A stretch of DNA of 61,766 nt, counting the filler, from Basidioascus undulatus (lineage: Eukaryota): NCBI GenBank assembly GCA_000826855.1. It is 11 parts of 11 records of this genome, joined end to end, with 100 filler letters (N's around TTAATTAATTAA, not from the genome) between each part and the next. Parts side by side here need not be neighbours in the genome. Positions count along the whole stretch, not along the records: positions 1 to 24,540 come from JTLS01000236.1; 10 more parts are not named here. One strand, given 5' to 3'. Positions 11,371-23,549 of this stretch are shown one piece after another; the first letter of the stretch is position 1, and each line of letters opens with the position of its first letter. The notes beneath the pieces are model-generated. The model had not been told where the DNA came from. It did not search any database and saw only the letters and a program-made list of their open reading frames with translations. The position numbers and the translations under genes are program-made.

Positions 11371-14300
11371 ATGGTCCAACTCCGCGCCCGCGGCCCGCGC
11401 AAGTCGTACGCGCTCCCCCTCGGCTCCTCGGGCGAGGAGGAGGAAGACGAGCTCGCCTCGCTGGGCTCTTCCTCGCGCACAAAGTCCAAGTCCAAGCGCC
11501 GCGACGCGCGCCCCAAGCTCGAGGGGAGCGGCAGCGACTTTGAGGGCGGCGAGGAGGAGGAGGAGGAAGAGGACGACGAGATCATGGAGGTTGAGGAAGT
11601 GGAGGAGGAGGAAGTGGAGGAAGGCTGGGAGGACGAAGACGGGGACGAGGCGGGTGGGAGGGGAGCGCGTCCCCGCAAGTCGGTAGCCAAAGCCGAGCCC
11701 GGCGATCCAACCCGCCCCGTTATCCGCGGCGTACGGAGCCCGCCCGCCCCGCGCCGGCGTCGCGCGACGGGCGGGCTCGCCTCCGCGCAGGCGAGCGCGG
11801 ACCTGCCCTTCCACCTCACGCACCCCGGCACGGGGCTGCTGTTCGAGCCGCCTGCGGTGCGGCTCACCGCGTGCCCGTACCCGCTCGACATGCGCGCGGC
11901 GGTCCTCAGGGAGGAGGAGGCGCTCAGTCCCGCCGCGCGGGAGCGGGTGGATAGGACGTGGAACATGTGCGCGTGGCTGCCGGTCTGGGAGATGTGGGAG
12001 GACGTCGGGTGGTGGAGGGAGCGTTGGCTGGATGGGGAGGAGTGGGGGTATGCGGAGGTGAAGTGGAAGGGCAAGGGGAAGAGGGTGATGAGTCGAGAGT
12101 GCGTGTGATCCTTTATCTGCTGTTGCGCTTGGAAGGATGGGGGCTCATGATCGCGGGATAACAGCGAAGCAGCCCCATACCTCCCCGGCTCGTCCACGCC
12201 CTTAGGCGGCGAAGTTCCCATCATCCTCGGCCCGCTCGGGAACCCGCAGAAGCGCACGATCGAGCGCTTCGCCTCTCATCGGCTCGGTGCGTCTTACTCC
12301 TCTATCTTCTTTCTCTCCTTTCTTCTCTTGCTTAACTATTCTCGTCGTTCTTGACCCCATAGACGACTTCACCGACAAGCCCGGCAGCGTGTTCAACGCG
12401 GGCGGGCCGATCTGGGGCCTGGACTGGTGTCCTCTCGCGCCTGCTCCGTCTTCCTCTTCCTCCTCCGCCCCACCGCGTGCCAGTGCGCCTTCTCCCTTCC
12501 CTCGCTTCCCTTTCCAACTCTCATCTCACCTTCCCTCCTCCCCTTCACACAGCCCCCCACCCCTCCTACCTCGCCCTCACCGGCCTCCTGTCCCTCGCCC
12601 AAGCCCCCGTCCTAACCTCGCGCGCCGCGCGCCCCGCCCACTCCTACATCCAGATCTGGTCTTTCTCGCCCGACTACATCCCCCCTGCGCCTTCTTCCGC
12701 CGCCGCCGCCACAGCGACGGACAAGGAGAAGGGGAAGGGCAAGCGGCGGGCGGAGGACCTCGAGTCGGAGGACGGGATGGAGGAGGGCGCGGGCGAGGGG
12801 GAGGTGGAGAGGGAGGAGGGAGGCGTGGTGAAGGGACGGGGCGCGAGGTGCGAGTTGGTTTTGTGCGTGGAGGGTGGAGGGGGTAGGGACGTCAAGTGGG
12901 CGCCGATGGGGGCGTTTGACGAGGTGCGTTCGTTTGTCCTGTTTGCCGGAGTGCGTACGCTGACGCCTATATTGGGCTCTGGGGAGCAGGAGGACGAGGA
13001 AGGTCAAGTGCGCAAGCTTGGCATCCTCGCGGGCGTGTTTCAGGATGGCTCGGTCTCGATCTACGTCGTCCCCTCCCCCGAGGCGCTGCGCCAGAAGATG
13101 GGGCTTGCGGAGGACGGAGACGAGCCGACGTACTGTGTGTTTTGTCTTCTACCTGTCTCGCGGAGATCACGGTGCATAAGCGGCTGACGCGTGCGGGCGG
13201 ACGGTAACAGTGCATGTTCCCGAGCCGGATCTGAGGCTTGAGCTGGAGGACACGTCGGCGCTCACTATCGATTGGGGGTCGAGCGAGCTGCTCGCTGTTG
13301 GGTGTGCGAACGGTGCGCATTTCCTATTTGCATCTCTCTTCTCCTTTGGAAGTCTCACACTGGTACATATGAGACGACAGGTTCGATCGCCGTGTACCAC
13401 ATCCGCACCGCCCTTCTCTCCGGCCAAAAGACGCGTGCGTCCTCCCCCGCTCCTCTTCCCTCCCGCCCGCGCTCACCGCCCCCACCCTACCCCGTATTCG
13501 GTAGTCCGCCCCTCCGCCTACTTCCCCGTCCACCTCGCCGCGATCCGCTCGCTCACGTTCGTGCGCGCGCCGCCCGTATCCGGCTCGGGCGCGGTCGACC
13601 CCACGGGCGAGCCCGCGCAGGTGGTCTCGGTCGGGTACGACGGGAGCCACTACCTGTCGGACCTGCGCGACCCGGTCGGAGGCGCGGTGCACATTGGCCA
13701 GACGCGCGGTACGCCTTTCCTTCTCCACGCAGAACACGAATTTCTGTATGTGCATGGGAAGGCGCTGAGATGTGGGTGGGGTGGGGAACACAGGCGTCGC
13801 GTATGCCACGGCGTTCTCGACTCAGCTCGGCGGGCCGTTGACGACCGACATGGACGGACAAGTCCAGTACTCGTCCATCCGCTCGCAAGGGCTGGGCAAG
13901 CACTCGCGCGTGTCGGAGCATCGCGCTTCGATCTGGGTGCGCTCTTATTCTCTTCCTCGGCCTTGGTTCTTGAGAAGCTGGGAAACACGATGCTTATCCG
14001 GTTGGTGAATGATGAACAGTCAATCGGCACCTCCAATGCGCACCCGTTCATCGCTACCGCCGGCGCGGACGGGTCCTGCCAACTGAGCAACGTGATGCGG
14101 ACGGCGAAGCGCAAGGGACGGTCGGTGCGTCGCGTTGCGGTTTGCCGTCCGACTCGTTACAGGGGCGTGGGACTGACTTGTCTGGATTGGCCTGTCGCAG
14201 GCCGTCTTGTTGCACCGCTTGTTCGTTATGGACTACAACCGCAACACGGGCGAGTACAAGATGATCGACCATCTCAAGCCCGAAGTCCGTCAGCTGCGCC

Positions 14301-14676
14301 CTCGTACACACCCATCAAGTAACCAAGTACTCATCGTATCCCCTTTCCGCAGAACCTCCGCGATGAGAACCCCATGGTCTCCTCGAAGTCGAGGAAGGCG
14401 AAGGACATGAGCACGCTGGGGAGCAGCGCGAACCGGACGCTGACCGGCGCGTGGCCGCCCGAGGTGGGCGTGCACCGCGTCGCGTGGCACCCCGCGGGGG
14501 AGACGGTCGAGCGCGCCGGGTGGGTCGCGAGCGCGACGGCCAGCGGGCTTGTGCGCATCGACGTCGTCCAGGGCGACTGGGACGTCGGGCTTGGGGAGAC
14601 CGGGGGCAGGGTCCCGTATGGGAGCATGGAGGCTATGCGCGGGGCCGCGGAGTTCGGGGTCAAGATGGAGGAGTAG
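11371..14676 (+). CDS. TFC6: RNA polymerase III transcription factor TFIIIC WD40 subunit (Tfc6/Sfc6/GTF3C2-like)
   Basis: Acidic N-terminus, then FNAGGPIWGLDWCP, IQIWSF, KLGILAGVFQDGSVSIY, LLAVGCANG, VSVGYDG, HPFIATAGADGSC and WVASATASGLVRID. Confidence 0.8.
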
Positions 14677-15078
14677 GGAGAGGGTGGTGGGAACAAACTT
14701 CTTGCGTTTCTTTTTATGTGTCGCAGATGCTGTTGTACTATTTCGCACAGATGGTGATTCCCATCCAGCGCACACAGCGAGTGGTGTGCCGAGCCGTCTG
14801 GCGACAGCCGCAGACGCAACCGCAAACCATGGAGGAACTATAGTGCTTCACCTATGCCATGGGAACTCCTATGGCATGACCGAAAGAGAGATGTTGCAAT
14901 GCAGAATGTTCGTGTGCCGTGTTGAAGAGGAAGAATGCGAATGCCTCCGAGTGTGACCTTTGCTATGATGACGACGGGAAGAGAAAGACAAATAGAAATA
15001 ATGGGTGCGAAAATGAAGTGTATTCCGAAGAGTGAATGTCGGCACAGAGGAACAAAAGAACAAGGATGCGATGCTCGC

Positions 15079-16815
15079 TCAGAGCGCAAACGCGGCCAGC
15101 GCCAGGCCGACCGCACCGAGGGTGACGAGTGCCGACGCGCCGCCGAACGCGCCCATCGCGCCGTTGTTGCCGCCGCTGCCCTGGGTAGACTCGGACGCGC
15201 TGCCGCTGCCGGTCTTGGAGGCCGCGGTGGAGGAGGACGAGGTGGACGCGGCGGACTGCGCGGCGCTCAGGACGGGGTTGGTGATCTGCGTCCAGGCGGG
15301 GGTCGTCGCGTTGCGGTCGAGATAGTAGAGCTCGCCGGAGGAAGTGAGCTGGACAAGCGCCCGGTCGGAGGACGTGTAGGTGGCGTCGGCATCCTTGACC
15401 GTCGGGCCGTCGAAGGTCGTCGTTGCGTTCGTCTTGGAGATGGGGCGGAAAAGGGGTGAGATGGGTGGGAAGGAAGGCGAGAAAAGCCACTCACGTAGAC
15501 GTCGATGGAATAGGCGTGGTCGCCGGAGTCGGGGACATACCAAAACTCGGTTTGCCACTGGCAGTGCGACTACGTTAGCTCGGAAATCCAGATATCATGG
15601 CAGAGGAAGCGAGGCGCACGGTGTTGTCGTCCTTCCAGATCGAAGCAGTCTTGCCAGCCTCTTGCTGCCAGTCGCCATACTTCTGCGCCTCGGGCTGCCA
15701 GTACGAGACTGCGCATGATTATAAGTATTTATTAGCAGATATTGAATAATGAACAATAATTGTATTATGCCGAGGCTCACAGTGGATCACGAAGATGTTG
15801 GCTTCACCAGCGGCAGCGCCCGGGACGTCAATGAAGTCTGCCAGTCGCAAATATGCCGTCAGACGAACTGCGAATTCAAGATGGAATTAGGCAAGAGTGG
15901 ACACACGGATGTGGTTGGACGCGAGCGCGATGGTCGGGTTGGAGTAGCCCTCCGTGTTGAAGGACGCGGAGCTGACGGCGCTCCATGTCCGCTGGTCCGC
16001 CGGGACGAGGTCAGAGCCCATGTTCATCATGAACAGGTTCGCGCCGTCAAGTCCGTAGAAGACGTTAGTGTCTAGCGTTGCAGAGGCCAGACAAGAACAT
16101 GTTCAGCTAAGGTGCAAGGCGGCAGGGAGAAGAAGATAGAACGCACCGTGGTCAAGGATGACCTTGATGGAGTTCAGGTCCGGCGTGGTCGTGCCGGTGG
16201 TGTTAGACGCGATGGAGGTCCACGCGCCTGAGGCGAAGTCGAGGATGTAGACGTCGGAGGGCTTAGACGAGTCGGCGTTGATGCACTGCAGCAAGCCGCC
16301 CCGGGGAGATGGATCTGCGTTAGCAGCTGCCCTTCCTGCTTTCGGAGGAAGAGATGGAAGATGGGAACATACGCACATAGGCGCCGTTCTTGTACTGGTA
16401 CAGCCAGCATTGGACATTGTCGGTGTCGAACGATCTGCGTTTGTTGAACACCCACCAGCCCCCTCCAGTGAGCCAACTTCCACCTACTCAGCAGTGCAAC
16501 CTGATACTCACGGCCGCCCGTCCTCAGAGAGCTCCTTGAAAGCCATCCCTGAAGCGTACCACAGCAACAAAGACCATCAGGAACCGAATTCCTCCTCTCG
16601 ATCTCGACTGCCCCGAGCGCGCGAAGACCGAGGCCGGTTCGGAAGGAGATGAACGCACCGCTCGACCAGCTGTTCATCGCCCCCGCATTGTAGTCCTTGC
16701 CATTGAGGCCCAGGACGTAGAGATTCCAGTTGATGTCGAACACGACCTGGGGTACTGCCCGCGCAAGTGCGGGGACCAGCGCGAGCGCGGCAGCGGAGAC
16801 GGACGCGACGCGCAT
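15079..16815 (-). CDS. Secreted, probably GPI-anchored uncharacterised protein (multi-exon)
   Basis: Signal peptide MRVASVSAAALALVPALARA. Exons encode FDINWNLYVLG, DTNVFYG, IALASNHIHFIDVP and IFVIH. Ser/Thr-rich stalk and hydrophobic C-terminus. Confidence 0.8.
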
Positions 16816-17199
16816 CGGAGAAAGGGGAGATGGGTGTAGCGAGTGTGGGTGGGTCGGGATGTCAGAGAATGGAAAACGAAAAGAATCAAGCAGCCTGAGA
16901 TGAGCTGGGCTGGTCTTGCTGCTGCTGTGTCTGGGAGGAAAGTAGGGAGGAGGACGAAATGAAAGGGGGAGATCAAAGGGGCAGGCGCAACCGAGCCTGC
17001 CTGCAGGGGCAGGTGCCGCTCTGGGTATTTCGGCGACGCGATCGCGGTCCAGACAGGCGTCAAAGCGCGACTTCTAATTTTTGGCACTCGTGCCCTCCGT
17101 CCCTCAACGTTCCTCCCGCAGTCGCCCATGCATTATTATACGCCTGACTGCGACAGCAGCATCGATGCCAGCACGATGGTGGCAATGCAGGGCGTCGGG

Positions 17200-17430
17200 A
17201 TACTCATGATTGAATGCGCGGCGTGTCTGGCCCAAGGCAAAGACTTCGACAGCGACTGTAGTTTCCGCCACCGCTGCAGCCTCACCGCAAGAAGTTTTTC
17301 GGTGCACCAGTAAACGGACCGACAGACCAAAACGGTTTGCATACGCCGTATCCCTGGCAGTCGTCGCGCATCGCATTTTTTCCACAGTTTGCTCTAGTAC
17401 AACCCAGTCGACTTCACCACGAAGGCTCCT
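17200..17430 (+). mobile_element. Possible highly decayed Ty3/Gypsy integrase relic
   Basis: Collinear fragments DSDCSF..SVHQ*TDRQTKTV..PWQ..PQFA..YN..TTK resemble SDRD..F / HPQTDGQTERV / W..LP.AEFAYN..STG. Confidence 0.3.
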
Positions 17431-17938
17431 CGACGAGCCGGTCCTCCTCTTCCTTCTCCTGCTCCTCAAGCCCGACCGTGACCTTTCCTCCATCCACAAC
17501 AAGCCGCATGGATGTCCAGCTGTCGACGATGCACTATGCCAGTATTTCCCCCGAGGTGCAAACACTGCGTTAGGGGAACAAGACGTACCGAGCCCACCCA
17601 TCCCCCTTGTTGACCCAGGCATGCTTCATCCCGCGAACAATCCAGGTGTCTCCCAGCCTGGAGAACTCGTAGGCTTGACCAACTCCGGGTCGTCCCGCTT
17701 CATACGACGGGCCTGAGCCCCCAACCACCCAACCACCCACACCTCCCCCTGGTCCGCTATAGCTGCACACGTTTTCCAACTTTCTTCAAGCGCCCGATGC
17801 ACTTGGCCATGTCTGGTCCAAGGTTGCCGCCCAATTCTTGGCCAAGTACGGGCAAACTGTGAGCAAGCTGAAGCTGATGTTGGGCGCACGGAAGTCGCAA
17901 ACTCGCTGCGCTAATTGTGTGACCCGAAGACATTTTTG

Positions 17939-19419
17939 TTAGAACCAGTGCAGACCAATCGAAATTCGGAAAAGATTGGTATCACATAACTCATTCTCCC
18001 GAAGGTTCAATTGCCCGATGCAGCGGAAGACGACGTGCCGCAGCCTGTGCTTGTCCAGTCGGGTCACGGCCTTTGCATAACCAATGGACCGTGTAAGGAG
18101 TGGAGAGCGCGTGTGGAGGATGACGGTTGAGAGAGACAAGGCCTCGAGGTGGGGAAGCTTTGCCAGCGCCGGCAGGGCAAGCAGCGTCCCATCCCTGCCA
18201 GTCGGCGATGAGGAGGGCGCGGTGCGCCTCCGTTGGTTGCAGGCTCGACATTGAAATCCCAAATTGAAGGCGCTTGAGCGAGCGGTGGCGGCCAATGAAA
18301 GCCGCAGAAGACTGCAAAGCGCGCGCAGCTATGTCGGGCGGCTGCAGGGCGAGCTCGAAGATGCCGAAACTGAGAGGGAGAGACGCCAGAGACGGGAACA
18401 CGATGCAGCTGTCAAGGGTGGACAGGAACGTGGGAAGGGTGTTACCGCTGCGGGGGCCCAGATGCAGAAAGCGGAGGGAGGAATGAGGAGAGGCGGCCAA
18501 AAAGTTCCGAGGGAGAATGTGCATGAAGTTGGAAGAGCCGACAGGCAAGTGGTTGACTTCGAGCTCTTCGGTGGTGAAGAGGTCGAGAGAAGAGAGGAGG
18601 GGTACATGCGGCGCTTCGGGAGTGTCGAGCAAGCGAGGCGAGGCCACAACGCTGTCGAGGATGAGAATGTTGGGGCGCTCAGGCAGCCGGAGTGGGTCGT
18701 TGAGCCGAGTCTGACGAAGGACGAGGCTTTGCGCGTAGGGAAGTGCTCGAGGACGGCTGAGAGAGGACGACCGGAAGTGCTAGGGGTTCTGTGTCAGCAT
18801 TATACCTCAATAAACTAATGGAAACCGCATAGGACTCACTTGAGGTCCAGGCGAATGAGTGTCTTTGAGTGCTTGGCGAGAACCTGCAGCACTTCGTCGG
18901 AAAGCGCGACGTTTCGGAAGATGAACTCCTTCGAGGATGTATTACCGGTGCAGCTCCAGCTGAACGCCTACAGGTGCTGGACGCGCTTGAGGATGTGGAC
19001 GAACGCTGCATAGCCAGTAAAATTATCCACCTGAAGGATATTGGCCCGCTACCGCCATACACTCACTAAGCTTAAGGTACCGCTCCATCTTGTGCTGCTT
19101 CGGCTTCGTCGGGAAGTCATCCGGGGACCTGGCCGCGTCGTCGTCAGGCCGCCACGAGATATCCATCTCCAGAAGGCGGGCGATTTCGGCCTTGACAGCG
19201 CGCGCCATCTTCTGCTCGAAGGTCTTGACGTCGGCACCGATGGCTTACGACAAGGCGGCGGGAGAGGACGGCGAACGCAACCTCGTGCATGTTGCGCGCC
19301 GCGGAGCGCGGCCCGACGCCCAGCCAGGCTTTCAGGTCTTGCAGGGAAAGGGGGTTCGCGCTTTCGCGCCAGACTTTCAGCGGGAGCACGTCGAGGGAGG
19401 GTTTAAGATTGTAAGACAT
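17939..19419 (-). pseudogene. F-box/LRR-like gene, frameshifted
   Basis: MSYNLKPSLDVLPLKVWRESANPLSLQDLKAW is F-box-like. Later segments SSLRFLHLG, FPSLASL, HRSLKRLQF and LAKLPHLEALSL lie in different frames. Confidence 0.6.
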
Positions 19420-20204
19420 TAGGGGAGTGGCAACGAAAGGGAGGGGAAGAAATAGCAAGTGTGTCTGGGAAGTTCAAAGTAAGAGGGGGATTGAGGTGTA
19501 CGTTAAGAAGATAGGTTCTTTTCCGCTTTGAGAATGGGGATGAGATTATGAAAGGAGGTGTAGGTTCTAACAACAAAGTGGAGGGAACTTGGCGAGCGGC
19601 AACTGTGGGCTTGGGGGTGACTTGAGGGGGACTGCAGGGGGATTGAAGGGGCTGACCGCATGAGCAGGTTATGTAGACAAACTCAACTTAAGGGCCGGTC
19701 TTGACATTTTCAAGAGGGAGAGAGTGAGCAGCAGAAAGGGATGAAAGAGAAATACAGCGTGGCGCAGCAGCTGAGGTGCGCTCCCGCTGACAACGCTGAG
19801 ACTGGCCGCGTTTGGGGACAGCTTTGTTGTTGTCAGTGGAAGCTCTCAAGCCTCATACATCCTTACAAAATTAGCAAAAAACCGTTAGAGTACAACATTA
19901 CTGATTAGAAAAAACGTCACCGTCAACGGCAACAGGTCACTATCCTCTCAAACGGAGAAGCAGTTGAAGTTGCTTCTGAGCGACCACCCAACCTGTTCAA
20001 ACAACTTGAGCCGCCTTCTAAAGTAGCGCACGAGCACTCTGAGACTCTGCTTTATGTTGGTAGCTGGCGATGTTGATGAGTGAAGCGAAGGAGCGTCTTC
20101 TCTGGTTTCGCTCAGTCCTCCTCGCTCAGGACTGCTGTCAAATCTCAGACGTCCTTGACGTGACAGCGCAACGCGGCCCACCAGCAACGGTACACACTTC
20201 AACA

Positions 20205-21744
20205 ATGTCGCCCCCCTCCCAGACCTCATCCGAGCCAAGCAGGGAAACCGAGTTCCTAGCGTGGTCCGCCAACCCGCGCCCGTCCGAAGCGCCGCGCTTT
20301 CTTCTTCCCCGCCGTCCCGCCGCACGAAGGCCTGTCGACCTCTCCGAGCACTTTCCCTCCCTCCGAGAACTTACTACGCGGTTATACGACCACACCCCCC
20401 ACCGCTTAGATCACGGCCAGGCGGAGCAATGGCTCGCTGGCACGAATTCAGGCAGGTGGGACTTGCGAAGCCCCCGAAAGGCAAGGAGGGAGAAGCGCTC
20501 CAATCGAGCATAGCGTCCCGCTGGAGGTGTGGGTTGGTGTGGCGCGGGGGTTGGAGGGCTATGTGCGGTCGCTGCTGGGGATGGCGCAGTGTTCGAAGAT
20601 GTTTACGGAAGCTGCGTACAGGGTGCGTCAGCAGCTTCTTTCGTCGTGGTTGCACGCCGCGAGCATGCTGAAACTTCTGTCGCTTGACAGGTTCGGTATC
20701 GCGCTCCGAAGCTGTACAAATGCAAGGGGTAGATATTCTTATATCGTTTCATTTTAACTCCCTCTGCGCTCGGTACTGAACAAGGCGCTCCCGCAGTGCT
20801 GCCTTCTTCCTCGAGCACGCCGACCCCGACGTCCGATCCTCCAACACGCGAGTGCTCAACCTGAGCCACCTTGCCGACCCCCAATACCAAACCGATCTCA
20901 TATCGTCCGTCTCCCCCTCTTCCCCTTGTTCCCTCCTCCAGAGTGCTCACGCCTCATCCCCCTCCTGCAGGCCCCTCCCCCTGGCCTCCGTGCTCTACCA
21001 CCTCTCCTCCCTGATACACCTGCACCTCCTCCCCAGAAGCGTTCTACCCCTCCCTCCTGCGCACCATCCCGCTCCTTGTCACGCGCCTGCCGACCCTCCC
21101 GCAGCTCCGCGTGCTGCCGACTCCGCTAAATGAAGGCGGAACGGCAGACGGGGAGCTCCTGCGCGCGCTGGGGACGTGAGGAGGGGAAGGATGCGCGAGC
21201 TCCGGCATGGGGGGAGGGTGGGGAGGGAGGAGCTGGAAGAGTATCTGGAACAGGTTGAACGTGGGGGGTGGGAGGAGCTGGGGCTGCTGGAGTTGAGGGG
21301 GTCGCGGGGCGGTGTTTCGTTCTTGATGCCGGATTGAAACATGCTGCTCAAGCTGATATACCTGGGCAGTTCAACGCAGATGATGAGCATGCCCCGGACT
21401 TCCTGCATCGTCTCTATGCCCTCTCCGTCTCCGATACGATTCGCATCACCTTCTCCGACTCGCTCGGCTTCTCCCCGGCGGAGGTCGAGGCGTACGGTAA
21501 GTCTTCACCGCTTCTATCCTTCCCTGCCGCACGCGCTCTCCTATTTTACGTCATTGCATAAGCTGAAGATTTTTTCTCTAATAATTTACTATCGCAGGAT
21601 GGAAACATGGGCGTCCAGTGCTCTGGCAGATGTGGACGACTGGCGGTGGACGGGCTGGGCAACGAGGGCGAGTACGACTTGGCTGAAGATGTGGGAGATC
21701 TTGAGGAAGATGAGGATGGAAATGATGTATCTGATGGAGAGTAG
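20205..21744 (+). pseudogene. F-box/LRR-like gene with apparent frameshifts
   Basis: VPLEVWVGVARGLEGYVRSLLGMAQCSKMFTEAAYR (F-box) is out of frame with the ATG-20205 ORF. GT-AG introns, TRVLNLSHL, LSSLIHLHL and an acidic tail ending at TAG 21744 follow. Confidence 0.6.
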
Positions 21745-22449
21745 ACTTTTAAGCCAGAGATTGCGATGGATGTGCATTTGGCGGTTTGCCTTCAGCTGTT
21801 CAGGCAGACAGGCTCAGAAGTGCGCTTGTGTGTGCCTTGTTCCATCGCACCGCGACACTCGCGCTGAGTGGACTGGCCTGAATAGGACACAATTTTTCTG
21901 CCCGCTACCGGTGAAAGTGAAGATCTGATGAAGGAACGAAGGGACCCGAAAAGGGTCAAGTATTGAGCTGCATTCCTTCGTCTCCGTCTAGCCCTTTCTC
22001 TCAACATGGCTATTGTATGATCGGGCGAAACCAACGGGCCTTTTAAGCTCACGCGAGCGAGCCGCAGCGAAACGAAGAGGCGCTTCTCGGTCCGTCGACA
22101 TGCCGCAATGCCGCGCGAAAGATGAGCCTGCGCAAGGCGCGAAGCACCGAAACTGCGCAAACTATAGTCGCTAAAGGAACATATAATTGATTCGAGCCTA
22201 GACTGACAAGAAACGAGGATGGCTGTTTGATCGAGGCGTTCGACGGGTGAGCAGGCGTCACCAGAGCGTGCGAGGCAAGGCAGAACCACGCGCTGATGGG
22301 CCGGCAGAATCTAGTATAGATGCGAATGCGGAATCTGATGATACAAGGGCGCTCCCCTCCTTGCCGGGCGACCGCAAGAGGAGAGGCGACTATCATACAA
22401 CCTGGAGAAGAGAATAGCGACATCGAAACGAGCAGCACCGAAACCAGAA

Positions 22450-23343
22450 TCAGAAGAGGGTTTCCTGTCGTCCCCCACAGACGTCAGTACTCGTGTCCGG
22501 TCCCGTGTGTGTTATTGTGCGATGAGGAACGCACCTCGTCACGCAAGTACTCGCCCACGTCCGCCTGGTGGAAGACGACGATGCCGGTGGGGTCGAGCTT
22601 GCGGGTGTCGACGGTGCTGCGCGCGGTGACGCCGAAGCCGAGGGGCACGTCGCTCATGCTGAGGACGACGACGCCCTGGTGCTCGGGCGTGTCCTCCGTG
22701 ATGCGCCCCAGGTGCGCCTTGACGACGTGGTTCCCGTAGAGGAAGGGTAGCTCGCCGTTCGGCTTGATCCAGACCTGTGAAGAAGGGCCACGTAAGCACG
22801 CAAGCAACCTTCTGGAAGCTATCCTCCACCGCTCGACCGGGTGCAGCTGCTCAACCTCCCACGCCTAGCGGAAACAAGGCACGGGGGAGACTCACCTTAT
22901 ACCTCGCCCACCTAGCCAGCACGTCCAAGCTCCCAATGCCCAACTTGAACTTCCCGCCCCTCCCAAACTTGCCGAGGCACGTGCCGAGGCTGATGAGGTT
23001 CGGGCGGGCGACGGACGTCGCGAGCGCGTTCATGGAGGCGGGGACGAGGTAGACGCGGTCCTTGTGGAGACGGAAGAGGGGCGCGTCGTCGTCGTCCATC
23101 TCGTCGTTCGCCGCGGCGGGGTTGATGATGTGCACTAGGTTCTTGCCCTACAGCAGGAGGAAGGGTGCGTTTTGAGCGGGGCGTGTGGGTGCGGGTGCAG
23201 GAGGGGGAGGGGAGGAAGACGGACGACATAGTTTGCGAGCTTCTCAAAGACCGCTTTGGTCTCGTCTTCGGTCAAGGGGCGCCTGATCCACCGGGATGTC
23301 AGTAGGGATGCCGGAGTGGGTTTTGGTGAGCTCAGACGGACAT
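22450..23343 (-). CDS. NIP7: 60S ribosome biogenesis protein Nip7 (PUA domain)
   Basis: [24 protein letters not shown]...FRLHKDRVY...[37 protein letters not shown]...[16 protein letters not shown]. Confidence 0.97.
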
Positions 23344-23549
23344 TTCGAGATGGTATAGGGTGCAATTGGGAGCGAGGGAGCAGGGCAGGAAGGCTTGTCT
23401 TCCCTTGTCCAAAGTCCGAGTGAAATTGTGTGTCAGCGAGCTGGGGTTGGGTTGGTTACGCGGCCTGGTCGACTGAGGTCACCATCGCCTGCCTGCCCAT
23501 CACCGCGTCGCCCTCCCCATCCTCCATAGCACCCCCAGCAGTCTTCATC
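23344..23549. promoter_or_regulatory. Short bidirectional promoter between NIP7 and proteasome alpha6
   Basis: Divergent start codons separated by 206 bp. Confidence 0.7.

Noticed and set aside
11334..12257. Long antisense or alternate-frame ORFs (also 45837-46622, 49350-50504, 58814-59734)
   Set aside because: Shadow ORFs of GC-rich genes with low-complexity translations and no motifs.
21926..21957. CTGATGA...GAAA hammerhead-like core (also CTGATGAG at ~1084)
   Set aside because: Stem II does not close, and no stems I/III with a cleavage triplet were found.
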